A stretch of 64,000 nt of DNA from Flavobacterium sp. (lineage in GTDB: Bacteria > Bacteroidota > Bacteroidia > Flavobacteriales > Flavobacteriaceae). Numbering within the stretch: position 1 is the stretch's first letter; every line of letters starts with the position of its first letter. The translations under genes were made by a program, and so were the position numbers. Shown one piece after another: positions 55,910-64,000 of the stretch. The stretch spans positions 2,396-66,395 of the forward strand of contig NZ_JBEIET010000001.1 in the NCBI RefSeq assembly GCF_040382755.1, in the 5' to 3' direction. The notes under the pieces are model-generated. The model had not been told where the DNA came from, ran no database searches, and saw only the letters and a program-made list of their open reading frames with translations.

Positions 55910-55910
55910 T

Positions 55911-57221
55911 TTATACTCTTACAATATTTGCACCAAGTGCTCGTAATCGTTCGTCTATTCTTTCGTAACCTCTATCAATTTGTTCGATATTTTGTATGGT
56001 ACTGGTTCCTTTTGCAGAAAGTGCCGCAATTAATAACGAAATACCGGCTCTAATATCTGGAGAAGACATCACAGTAGCTTTCAATTGCGATTCGAAATTA
56101 TGTCCCATAACCACAGCTCTGTGTGGGTCGCATAACATAATTTTCGCACCCATATCTATTAATTTATCCACAAAGAACAAACGGCTTTCAAACATTTTTT
56201 GATGAATTAACACGTCTCCTTTTGCTTGTGTAGCGACTACTAAAATAATACTTAGTAAATCAGGTGTAAATCCTGGCCAAGGCGCATCCGAAACCGTTAA
56301 TATCGAACCGTCAATATCAGTTTTAATTTCGTACCCGTCTTTATGAGCAGGAATATAAATGTCGTCTCCTTTTTGTTCTAATGTAATTCCAAGTTTTCTA
56401 AATACGTTTGGAATTTGTCCTAAGTTATCCCAACTTACATCTTTAATTGTAATTTCACTTTTTGTCATAGCCGCTAAGCCAATCCAAGAGCCAATTTCAA
56501 TCATATCTGGTAAAATTCTGTGCTCACAACCACCTAAAGATTCGACACCTTCAATAGTTAATAAATTAGAACCAATACCTGTAATCTTCGCTCCCATTGA
56601 ATTTAACATTTTACATAACTGTTGCAAATACGGTTCGCAAGCTGCGTTGTAAATTGTAGTAATTCCTTCGGCTAAAACTGCAGCCATTACAATATTAGCG
56701 GTTCCTGTAACAGACGCTTCGTCTAATAACATATACGCGCCTTTTAATCGGCCTTCGTTTTCTACACCATAAAAATGGTCTTCTTTGTTGTATCTAAATT
56801 TTGCACCTAAATTGATAAAACCTTCAAAATGGGTATCTAAACGACGTCTTCCAATTTTGTCTCCACCTGGTTTTGGAATAAATCCTTTTCCAAATCGAGC
56901 CAATAAAGGTCCTACAATCATAATAGAGCCACGTAAACTTCCACCTTCTTTTTTAAAGGCCTCTGTTTCTAAATACCCCACATTTACATCGTCTGCTTGA
57001 AACGTATAATCGCCAGGTCCGTTTTTCTGAATTTTAACGCCTAAGTTACCTAATAAGGTAATTAGTTTGTTTACATCAATAATATCAGGAATGTTAGTTA
57101 CTCTAACTTTTTCTGAGGTTAACAACACAGGACATAAAACCTGTAATGCTTCGTTTTTTGCACCTTGTGGTTGCACATTTCCTTTTAAGGGCGTTCCGCC
57201 TTCAATTTTGAATGTTCCCAT
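55911..57221 (-). CDS. murA: UDP-N-acetylglucosamine 1-carboxyvinyltransferase
   Basis: 436 aa, full-length enolpyruvyl transferase. The active-site loop KPGGDKIGRRRLD aligns with E. coli LPGGCTIGARPVD, so Asp replaces the Cys. Confidence 0.94.
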   Translation of the reverse strand: MGTFKIEGGTPLKGNVQPQGAKNEALQVLCPVLLTSEKVRVTNIPDIIDVNKLITLLGNLGVKIQKNGPGDYTFQADDVNVGYLETEAFKKEGGSLRGSIMIVGPLLARFGKGFIPKPGGDKIGRRRLDTHFEGFINLGAKFRYNKEDHFYGVENEGRLKGAYMLLDEASVTGTANIVMAAVLAEGITTIYNAACEPYLQQLCKMLNSMGAKITGIGSNLLTIEGVESLGGCEHRILPDMIEIGSWIGLAAMTKSEITIKDVSWDNLGQIPNVFRKLGITLEQKGDDIYIPAHKDGYEIKTDIDGSILTVSDAPWPGFTPDLLSIILVVATQAKGDVLIHQKMFESRLFFVDKLIDMGAKIMLCDPHRAVVMGHNFESQLKATVMSSPDIRAGISLLIAALSAKGTSTIQNIEQIDRGYERIDERLRALGANIVRV

Positions 57222-58040
57222 TTATATTGTATTATTTGGATTATTTTTTGGTTTAAAATTTTTTCCGCCTTTGTAATTTGGGTTATTTAAATTGGCTTTT
57301 GTATTATCTGGTGTATGTGGTTTTGCATTTGAATTTCTATTCAATTGCGGTTTGTTTTGATTAGACGGTGGTCTGTTCGCGTTTCTGTTCGTATTTGTAT
57401 GCGAATCATTCTTAGTAAAAAACTGCGTTTTATTCGACTGTTTTTTATTTACTTTTAATAAGTTTTGCGACGTAGAAAGCTCTTCTTTCATTGATGTTAA
57501 GTTTAATTCGCCATTAGATAATTCTAATAAATGATTAAAAATAACTTCGTCTGTAACCGTATCTTTATTCCAGCTTAAAAAACATTTTTTCATATGATTG
57601 GCAATCACAATGATTAAAGCATTTTTCAATTCGCCTTCCTCCCATTTACGTGCTACATCAATCATATATTTGATGTTGTTTCCGTAAAAACGGTATTTTG
57701 GAAAGTTTTGTGGATACGTTAAACGTTCTGGTTTCAATTGCACTACTTCTCTTGTAGGAATAGGAAATGGTGAATCAATATCTAATTTAAAATCAGACAT
57801 AATAAACAATTGATCCCATAGTTTGTGCTGAAAATCTGGCACATCACGTAAATGCGGATTCAAATTTCCCAATACCGAAATTACATAACGCGCACCTTTG
57901 TTTCGCTTTTCTCTATCTTCGATAGCGGTAATTTGGTTGATTAATTTTTGTACATATCGTCCGTATTCAGGAATAATTAAATGTTCCCGTTGCGAATTAT
58001 ATTCTAAATAATTAATTGATTCTTCGTTGTTGTATGCCAT
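57222..58040 (-). CDS. DUF4290 domain-containing protein with Asn/Lys/Pro-rich C-terminal tail
   Basis: 272 aa. The N-terminal region YNSQREHLIIPEYGRYVQKLI matches my memory of DUF4290. It directly abuts murA. Confidence 0.62.
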   Translation of the reverse strand: MAYNNEESINYLEYNSQREHLIIPEYGRYVQKLINQITAIEDREKRNKGARYVISVLGNLNPHLRDVPDFQHKLWDQLFIMSDFKLDIDSPFPIPTREVVQLKPERLTYPQNFPKYRFYGNNIKYMIDVARKWEEGELKNALIIVIANHMKKCFLSWNKDTVTDEVIFNHLLELSNGELNLTSMKEELSTSQNLLKVNKKQSNKTQFFTKNDSHTNTNRNANRPPSNQNKPQLNRNSNAKPHTPDNTKANLNNPNYKGGKNFKPKNNPNNTI

Positions 58041-58042
58041 AT

Positions 58043-58327
58043 TTATAATGAAATAATTCCTTCAATTGTTGCTAATTCTTGGTATTTTTCAATCACTTTA
58101 TCTGCGTTTTGCATCGTAACGTTAATTGAAATACTGGTATATTTTCCTGTTTTAGAAGCGTGTGTTTTTATAACGGCGCCCATATTATTAAAGGCATTTT
58201 CAACTGTATTCACATTTGTAGCATTTGTTGGTACAATAAATTTGTATAAATACACAGCAGGCCAAGTGGTTGATTCTTCTAATTCAGATTTAAGTCTAAT
58301 GTAAAAATCTTCGGTTTCTTTATTCAT
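58043..58327 (-). CDS. DUF493 (YbeD-like) family protein
   Basis: 94 aa. The size and the WPAVYLYKFIVP motif are consistent with the Bacteroidota DUF493 group. It lies in an operon with the DUF4290 gene and murA. Confidence 0.5.
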   Translation of the reverse strand: MNKETEDFYIRLKSELEESTTWPAVYLYKFIVPTNATNVNTVENAFNNMGAVIKTHASKTGKYTSISINVTMQNADKVIEKYQELATIEGIISL

Positions 58328-58418
58328 TTTAATTTAATAATAAAAAACAAATATACGTTTATAATGTTTGATTTGAAAATTTAAATAATTAAGATTTTCA
58401 AAATATAAAAAATGATAG

Positions 58419-58426
58419 TACATTTG
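58419..58426 (+). promoter_or_regulatory. candidate -7 box TACATTTG for the ATPase/recQ/fmt unit
   Basis: Exact TAnnTTTG 17 nt upstream of the ATG at 58444. Confidence 0.55.
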
Positions 58427-58443
58427 ACTTTTAAAGCCTTAAA

Positions 58444-58980
58444 ATGAATAAAAAAATTATACTCCTTATTGGCGGTCCAAGTTCTGGAAAAACCACCTTA
58501 ATTAATCACTTAGAAGCCGAAGGACACATTTGTTATCCTGAAATTTCAAGAGAAGTAATTTTAAAAGCCCGAGAAGAAGGTGTTGATTATTTGTTTTTGG
58601 AAAATCCGATGTTGTTTAGCGAACGCCTTTTAGAAGGAAGAATTAAACAATATCAAAACGCCGTAAACGAAGAAAAACCTGTTTTTATTGATAGAGGTAT
58701 TCCAGATGTGGTGGCGTATATGGATTTTATAGGCGACTCCTACCCTGCTGAATTTGTAGCCGCTTGCGAAACCTATAAATACGACAAAGTTTTTTTATTA
58801 CCACCTTGGGAAGAAATATACACCAGCGATGCCGAACGTTATGAAAGTTATGAAGAAGCATCAAAAATTCATAATTATTTGGTAGATACCTATACAAAAT
58901 ATGGATATGAACTACACGAAGTACCAAAAACGTCTGTAGAAGAACGCTTTCAATTTATTATCAATCACATAAAAGACTAA
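58444..58980 (+). CDS. AAA_28/NadR-like P-loop ATPase
   Basis: 178 aa with Walker A GGPSSGKTT. The size and layout fit the small predicted ATPase family (COG3911-like). Confidence 0.7.
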   Translation: MNKKIILLIGGPSSGKTTLINHLEAEGHICYPEISREVILKAREEGVDYLFLENPMLFSERLLEGRIKQYQNAVNEEKPVFIDRGIPDVVAYMDFIGDSYPAEFVAACETYKYDKVFLLPPWEEIYTSDAERYESYEEASKIHNYLVDTYTKYGYELHEVPKTSVEERFQFIINHIKD

Positions 58981-58990
58981 TTCATTTTTA

Positions 58991-60874
58991 ATGAATCAAC
59001 CGTTAGATGTTTTAAAAGCGTACTGGAAACACAGTGCTTTTAGACCCACACAAGAAGAAATTATCCAGACTATTTTACGTGGTGAAGATACTTTTGCTTT
59101 GTTACCAACTGGCGGTGGAAAATCAATTTGTTTTCAAATACCTGCTTTACTTAAACCCGGAATTTGTTTGGTCATTTCGCCACTTGTTGCCTTAATGAAA
59201 GATCAGGTTGAAAATTTAAAAAATAAAAACATTAAAGCCATTGCCTTAACGGGCGGAATATCTGCTGAAGAAACCAATAATTTATTAGACAATTGTGTCT
59301 TTGGGAATTATAAATTGTTATATATTTCACCCGAACGCCTGCAGCAAGATTGGGTTTTAGAACGAATTAAAAATTTAAATATAAATTTAATTGCGATTGA
59401 CGAAGCACATTGTATTAGTCAATGGGGACACGATTTTAGACCTGCTTATTTGAAAATTTCAGCGTTAAAAGACTACTTTTCAGTGCCGTTTATTGCGTTA
59501 ACTGCTACAGCTACACCAAGAGTTCAAGAAGATATTTGTACGCTTTTACAATTAAAAAATCCGGTTGTTTTTAAAAATTCCTTTTCTCGAGAGAATTTAG
59601 GATATCATATAATTAAAACCGAAAACCAACTTGGAAAACTGAAACAAATTTTCTTAAAAAATCCGGAACCCTCAATACTATATGTAAAAAACAGAAAATC
59701 GTGTATAGAAATCAGTAAAATGGTTACAGATTTTGGTTTTACTGCAACCTATTATCACGGCGGATTATCAGGCAAAGAAAAGGATAAAAATATGCAACTT
59801 TGGTTAGACGAAAAAGCCAAAATTATAGTCGCCACAAATGCCTTTGGAATGGGAATTGACAAACCAAATGTTAAAACAGTAGTGCATTTGCATCTTCCAG
59901 ATAATATTGAAAATTACTATCAAGAAGCCGGTAGAGCGGGAAGAAATGGCGAAACGTCTTATGCCCTGCTATTAACTCCAGCAATCGATTTTGAAAGTAG
60001 GTTGCAACAATATACCGCACAATTGCCACATAAAGAATTTTTGCATTTGGTGTATAAAAATTTAAACAACCAGTTTCAAATTGCCTACGGAGAAGGATTT
60101 CAAGAGGTTTTTTACTTAAATTTAAATCAATTTTGTTTGAAATTTAATATATCGGTAACCAAAACATTTGCGTGTTTGCAATTTCTCGATAGACAAGGAA
60201 TTATTACGCTTCAAAATTTTATAAGCAATAAAGCCAGTTTACAGTTTAATATTGAAAGTCGAGAAGTCATTCGATATTGCAGTTTAAATACTAAAGAAGC
60301 TTTAATTATAGAAACGATTTTACGAAATTATACTGGTGTTTTTGAACAAGTTACTCAAATTAACACCGCATTACTTGCTAACAAATCGGGAAAAACCGAA
60401 GAACAAGTAATTGCCGTTTTAAACAAATTACAAGCACAAGAACTAATTGAATTGAAACTGCAAAGCAATGACATTTCTATTCTTTACAACGAACCACGCG
60501 AAGACAGTTATACCATTAACCGTGTCGTTAAAGTATTAGAGCAACAAAATCATATTAAAATAGAGCAATTCAAACAGATGCTTCATTTTGTTTTAGATAC
60601 CACTACTTGTAAATCGGTTTTAATTTCGACTTATTTTGGAGAAGAAAATCCAAAAACCTGTGGCATTTGTTCATATTGTACCTCAAAAAACAAAGTAGTA
60701 CCTAAATCGGTTTTAGAGCAAATTCAGACTCTATTACATAAAGGTGCACTTTCTTCAAATGAAATAGAAAACGTACTACATTTTTCGTCAGAAGAAATTA
60801 TCTTTGCCCTACAAAACTTACTTGAAAATGATATTGTTTTTATAAATACGAATAATCAATACCAAATTAAGTAA
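58991..60874 (+). CDS. RecQ family ATP-dependent DNA helicase
   Basis: 627 aa. Motifs: LPTGGGKS, DEAHCISQWGHDFRP, QEAGRAGRNG, and the zinc cluster CKS...CGICSYC. Confidence 0.9.
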   Translation: MNQPLDVLKAYWKHSAFRPTQEEIIQTILRGEDTFALLPTGGGKSICFQIPALLKPGICLVISPLVALMKDQVENLKNKNIKAIALTGGISAEETNNLLDNCVFGNYKLLYISPERLQQDWVLERIKNLNINLIAIDEAHCISQWGHDFRPAYLKISALKDYFSVPFIALTATATPRVQEDICTLLQLKNPVVFKNSFSRENLGYHIIKTENQLGKLKQIFLKNPEPSILYVKNRKSCIEISKMVTDFGFTATYYHGGLSGKEKDKNMQLWLDEKAKIIVATNAFGMGIDKPNVKTVVHLHLPDNIENYYQEAGRAGRNGETSYALLLTPAIDFESRLQQYTAQLPHKEFLHLVYKNLNNQFQIAYGEGFQEVFYLNLNQFCLKFNISVTKTFACLQFLDRQGIITLQNFISNKASLQFNIESREVIRYCSLNTKEALIIETILRNYTGVFEQVTQINTALLANKSGKTEEQVIAVLNKLQAQELIELKLQSNDISILYNEPREDSYTINRVVKVLEQQNHIKIEQFKQMLHFVLDTTTCKSVLISTYFGEENPKTCGICSYCTSKNKVVPKSVLEQIQTLLHKGALSSNEIENVLHFSSEEIIFALQNLLENDIVFINTNNQYQIK

Positions 60875-60901
60875 ACATACATTTTCTTAACGATTACTAT
60901 A

Positions 60902-61849
60902 ATGGATAAATTAAAAATCATATTTATGGGAACGCCCGACTTTGCAGTTGGCATTCTTGATACACTATATAAAAGTGAGTTTGAAATAGCTGCTGTTATT
61001 ACGGCGCCAGACAAACCTGCAGGACGTGGACAGAAAGTTTCAGTTAGTGCGGTAAAAACCTATGCATTAGAAAAAAACATTCCGATTTTACAACCTACCA
61101 ATTTAAAAAGCGAAGATTTCTTAGAAGAATTAGCCAGTTATGCTGCCAATTTGCAAATTGTTGTAGCGTTTAGAATGCTACCAGAAGTAGTTTGGAAAAT
61201 GCCTAAGTATGGTACGTTTAATCTGCACGCATCTTTGTTACCTAATTATAGAGGAGCCGCTCCAATAAATTGGGCAATTATTAATGGTGAAACAGAAACT
61301 GGTGTAACTACTTTTTTTATTGACGATAAAATTGATACGGGTGCTATGATTTTGAATCATAAGGTAGCAATTGATGAAAATGAAAACGTGGGTCAGCTTC
61401 ACGACAAATTAATGCATTTAGGATGCGATACTGTAATAGAGACGTTGCATTTAATACAAAACGGAAAAGTGGAAACTACCATTCAATCCGAAAATTCAGA
61501 ATTAAAAACGGCGTATAAACTAAATAAAGACAATTGTAAAATTGATTGGTTGAAACCAGGAAAACAAATTTACAATCAAATTAGAGGTTTGTGTCCTTAT
61601 CCTGCCGCTTGGACATATATTAAAGATGGAGAAAATGAGTGGAATGTTAAAATATACGACACTACTTTTATAGAAGCAACACATACCTATACTATAGGTC
61701 AAATTATTTCTGGAAAAAAGGAAATGAAAATTGCAGTTTCTAATGGTTTCATACAAATTGATAGTTTGCAATTTCCTGGTAAAAAGAAAATGCAAATTCA
61801 CGAGCTTTTAAATGGGACTTCAATTGGTGCGGATGCCTATGTTAAGTGA
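60902..61849 (+). CDS. fmt: methionyl-tRNA formyltransferase
   Basis: 315 aa. Motifs: FMGTPDFAV, NLHASLLPNYRGAAPINWAI. Confidence 0.94.
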   Translation: MDKLKIIFMGTPDFAVGILDTLYKSEFEIAAVITAPDKPAGRGQKVSVSAVKTYALEKNIPILQPTNLKSEDFLEELASYAANLQIVVAFRMLPEVVWKMPKYGTFNLHASLLPNYRGAAPINWAIINGETETGVTTFFIDDKIDTGAMILNHKVAIDENENVGQLHDKLMHLGCDTVIETLHLIQNGKVETTIQSENSELKTAYKLNKDNCKIDWLKPGKQIYNQIRGLCPYPAAWTYIKDGENEWNVKIYDTTFIEATHTYTIGQIISGKKEMKIAVSNGFIQIDSLQFPGKKKMQIHELLNGTSIGADAYVK

Positions 61850-61961
61850 GTTTAAGTGCTAAAAATGGGTCAAAATAGGCCACGTTATTAACATTTGCTA
61901 TAATTTATTAACATTTTAAGCAAAAATAGCTGTAAATGCTTGCGTAGTTTAATGATACATT

Positions 61962-61969
61962 TAAATTTG
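61962..61969 (+). promoter_or_regulatory. candidate -7 box TAAATTTG for the HU gene
   Basis: Exact TAnnTTTG 41 nt upstream of the ATG at 62010. Confidence 0.55.
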
Positions 61970-62009
61970 TATAACAAAATTATGTATAATCATTTTAAAA
62001 CTATCAATT

Positions 62010-62285
62010 ATGAACAAATCAGAATTAATCGATGCAATGGCAGCAGCAGCTGGAATTACAAAAGCAGCAGCTAAATTAGCTTTAGAATCATTTTTAGGAA
62101 GTGTAGAAGGTACATTAAAAAAAGGTGGTAGAGTTTCTTTAGTAGGTTTCGGATCTTGGTCAATCTCTAAAAGAGCGGCTAGAGATGGAAGAAATCCTCA
62201 AACTGGAAAAACTATCAAAATTGCTGCAAAAAATGTAGTAAAATTCAAAGCTGGTGCTGACTTAGATGGATCAGTAAACAAATAA
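62010..62285 (+). CDS. hup: HU family DNA-binding protein
   Basis: 91 aa. Motifs: MNKSELIDAMA, GFGSW, RDGRNPQTGKTIKIAA. Confidence 0.94.
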   Translation: MNKSELIDAMAAAAGITKAAAKLALESFLGSVEGTLKKGGRVSLVGFGSWSISKRAARDGRNPQTGKTIKIAAKNVVKFKAGADLDGSVNK

Positions 62286-62304
62286 TAAATACTTTTTATT
62301 TATT

Positions 62305-62338
62305 TGAAAACCTCTTAGTTTCTAAGAGGTTTTTTTTA
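62305..62338 (+). terminator. rho-independent terminator of the HU gene
   Basis: AACCTCTTAG-TTT-CTAAGAGGTT, then T8. Confidence 0.85.
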
Positions 62339-62435
62339 TTTCAATAATTTACATACATTTAATAATGTAATATTAAACTGGATAATTTGTTCAATTAAAT
62401 TATTTTTCTTAATTTCAATTAAAATTAAATGGCTT

Positions 62436-62996
62436 ATGACTTCATTGTTACCTAAAAAAGGTTGTTTACTAATTGCAGAACCAACCATATTAAATGATAT
62501 GTCTTTCAATAGATCTGTAATTTTACTAACAGAACATTCAAATGATGGTAGTGTGGGCTTTATACTGAATAAGCCGCTCTCCTATTCCATAAATGATTTG
62601 ATTCCAGAAATTAATGCGAATTTTATGATTTACAATGGCGGACCTGTGGAGCAAGATAATTTATATTTTTTGCATAACGTACCTGAACTTATTCCAGATA
62701 GTATTGAAATCGCTTATGGTTTATACTGGGGAGGTAATTTTGAAACTACAAAACTTCTCATTAACGATGGAAAATTATCTAAAGAAAATATTCGTTTTTT
62801 CTTAGGATATAGCGGATGGGAAACCAATCAATTAGCCGAAGAATTGGATGACAATTCTTGGATAATTGTTGAAAACGATTTGCAACACAAAATCATAAGT
62901 AAAAACAGCCAAAATTTTTGGAAAGAAAAATTAAATGAAATTGGTGGCGAATATATTTACTTTTCTAATTCGCCAGAAAATCCTACGCTTAATTAA
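62436..62996 (+). CDS. YqgE/AlgH family protein
   Basis: 186 aa. Motifs: GCLLIAEP...FNRSVILLTEH...GSVGFILNKP, GGPV. Confidence 0.85.
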   Translation: MTSLLPKKGCLLIAEPTILNDMSFNRSVILLTEHSNDGSVGFILNKPLSYSINDLIPEINANFMIYNGGPVEQDNLYFLHNVPELIPDSIEIAYGLYWGGNFETTKLLINDGKLSKENIRFFLGYSGWETNQLAEELDDNSWIIVENDLQHKIISKNSQNFWKEKLNEIGGEYIYFSNSPENPTLN

Positions 62997-63822
62997 TTAA
63001 AGCATTTAATAAACCTGTTATTTCTTTAGCTACTACTGAAGTAAATTCTTTTTTACGGTATTTTGTAATAGGCTGAATTCCTGTAATGACATTTGAAATA
63101 AATAATTCATCTGCTTTTTGCAAATCAAAAGGTGAAATGCTTTTTTCTATCATTTCAATTCCTTCCATTTTAGCAACAATTGCAATGACTTGCTTGCGCA
63201 TAATGCCATTTAAACAACCATCCGAAGTGAGAGGTGTAATTATTTGATTGCCCATTTTCATAAAAATATTGCCATTTGTAGCTTCTACAACATTTTTATC
63301 TTCGTTAATTAATAAACAATTTTCAAATCCGTTTTCCTTTGCAAAGATACTCGCCACCACATTAATCATTTTATTATTGGTTTTTAGTGTAGCCAATAAA
63401 TGTTTGGAAACATAAAAATCTTTAAACAATTCCACTTCATATTTTGTGGCAGAAAAAGTATAAGTATCAGAAGCTAATTCAGAACACGTAATAATAAATT
63501 GCACATCGTTTGAAGTAGGATGATAAAAGCCTTCAGCGTTTCTAAAAACAGAAAAACGAATTCTATTACTAACTTTATTCGCCTGTAATGCAATTAGTTT
63601 CAGAATTTCTTCTTCCATAAATTCCATTGTAAAATTCATTGGGATTTCCATTCTGCAAATTCGCATCGAAGCCATTAAACGCAAATAGTGTTCTTCTAAA
63701 AATAATATTTTAGTTCCGTTTACTTTAATGGTTTCAAAAATAGCATCCCCAAAAAGGAATCCTCTATTGTTTTCGATTTCGAAATTACTGGAGTTCTGTA
63801 TGTTTCCGTTACAATTAATCAT
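62989..63822 (-). CDS. class IV aminotransferase family protein (aminodeoxychorismate lyase-like)
   Basis: 277 aa, fold-type IV. Motifs: FLFGDAIFETIKV, EATNGNIF, CLNGIMR. Confidence 0.75.
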   Translation of the reverse strand: MINCNGNIQNSSNFEIENNRGFLFGDAIFETIKVNGTKILFLEEHYLRLMASMRICRMEIPMNFTMEFMEEEILKLIALQANKVSNRIRFSVFRNAEGFYHPTSNDVQFIITCSELASDTYTFSATKYEVELFKDFYVSKHLLATLKTNNKMINVVASIFAKENGFENCLLINEDKNVVEATNGNIFMKMGNQIITPLTSDGCLNGIMRKQVIAIVAKMEGIEMIEKSISPFDLQKADELFISNVITGIQPITKYRKKEFTSVVAKEITGLLNALIN

Positions 63823-63852
63823 AAAAAAAAGTCCCGCCTTTTATAGCGGGAA
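63823..63852 (-). terminator. rho-independent terminator of the partial upstream minus-strand gene
   Basis: The minus strand reads GTTCCCGC-TATAAAAG-GCGGGACTTTTTTTT. Confidence 0.75.
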
Positions 63853-63874
63853 CAAATATACTTATTTATTAAAA

Positions 63875-64000
63875 TTAAACCGAACCAATTACGTGTTTTA
63901 AATCGGAAACCAAACTTTCCCACAACAATTGATTTTCAGCTAATTCGTCTTCTTCAGAAAAATCGACAACAATTAAAGAAACATCATTAGTAATTTCATC
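63875..64000 (-). CDS. 3' end of an unidentified gene; the rest lies beyond the window edge
   Basis: Not in the supplied track. My reverse translation is open from 64000 to the stop at 63875-63877: ...DEITNDVSLIVVDFSEEDELAENQLLWESLVSDLKHVIGSV*. A terminator follows it. Confidence 0.4.
   Translation of the reverse strand, partial: DEITNDVSLIVVDFSEEDELAENQLLWESLVSDLKHVIGSV

Noticed and set aside
55783-55968. 61-aa plus-strand ORF across the phased repeat and the murA 3' end
   Set aside because: It starts in the tandem repeat, runs through a terminator hairpin and overlaps murA antisense. Its sequence reflects the repeat, not a protein.
58444-60874. Small P-loop ATPase plus RecQ-like helicase as a two-gene defence system
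   Set aside because: The pair is co-transcribed with the core gene fmt from one promoter. The helicase has the full RecQ zinc and winged-helix layout. No nuclease or other effector is attached, so it looks like conserved housekeeping synteny. I cannot verify synteny without other genomes.
62989-62996. 8-nt convergent overlap of the YqgE/AlgH and class IV aminotransferase genes within the palindrome TTAATTAATTAA
   Set aside because: The palindrome TTAATTAATTAA supplies stop codons on both strands. This is a neat compaction feature, but no regulatory structure or function can be argued from it.

Overview
The window is a visibly AT-rich chromosomal segment that looks like a Flavobacteriia-class Bacteroidota genome. 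Three things support this: many TAnnTTTG -7 promoter boxes in front of genes, the absence of obvious Shine-Dalgarno sites, and Bacteroidota-typical families (PorQ-like T9SS protein, GH92, DUF1573, DUF4290, DUF4293, DUF4920). About 64 genes are tightly packed and most are core housekeeping: pheT, rpsA, cmk, ilvE, rluD, ddl, coaD, pyrE, valS, rho, truA, lpdA, glmM, murA, fmt, hup, kup. There is also a three-gene tRNA cluster, Arg(TCT)-Pro(TGG)-Ser(GCT). I found no transposase, integrase, CRISPR array, rRNA or recognisable multi-gene defence system. The non-core content is: (1) an AraC-linked five-gene glycan operon (PhyH dioxygenase, TIM-barrel isomerase, MFS sugar porter, GH92, GH127) with no SusC/SusD in view; (2) a PIN/antitoxin cassette inserted between valS and rho and bracketed by two near-identical copies of a terminator hairpin; (3) a three-gene islet of a secreted NucA-type nuclease with two C-terminal CX9CX10CX2H modules, a 6-TM K+ channel and a small lipoprotein, followed by a promoter-to-terminator unit with no ORF that contains a 4+4 inverted array phased at exactly 11 bp (candidate sRNA); (4) a cluster of GC-rich hairpin repeats at 43.1-43.4 kb; (5) an exported MsrB lipoprotein next to a translationally coupled DUF4920 plus a CxxCH lipoprotein. 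None of these is proven novel, and all functional calls rest on motif and family recognition by eye, without database searches.
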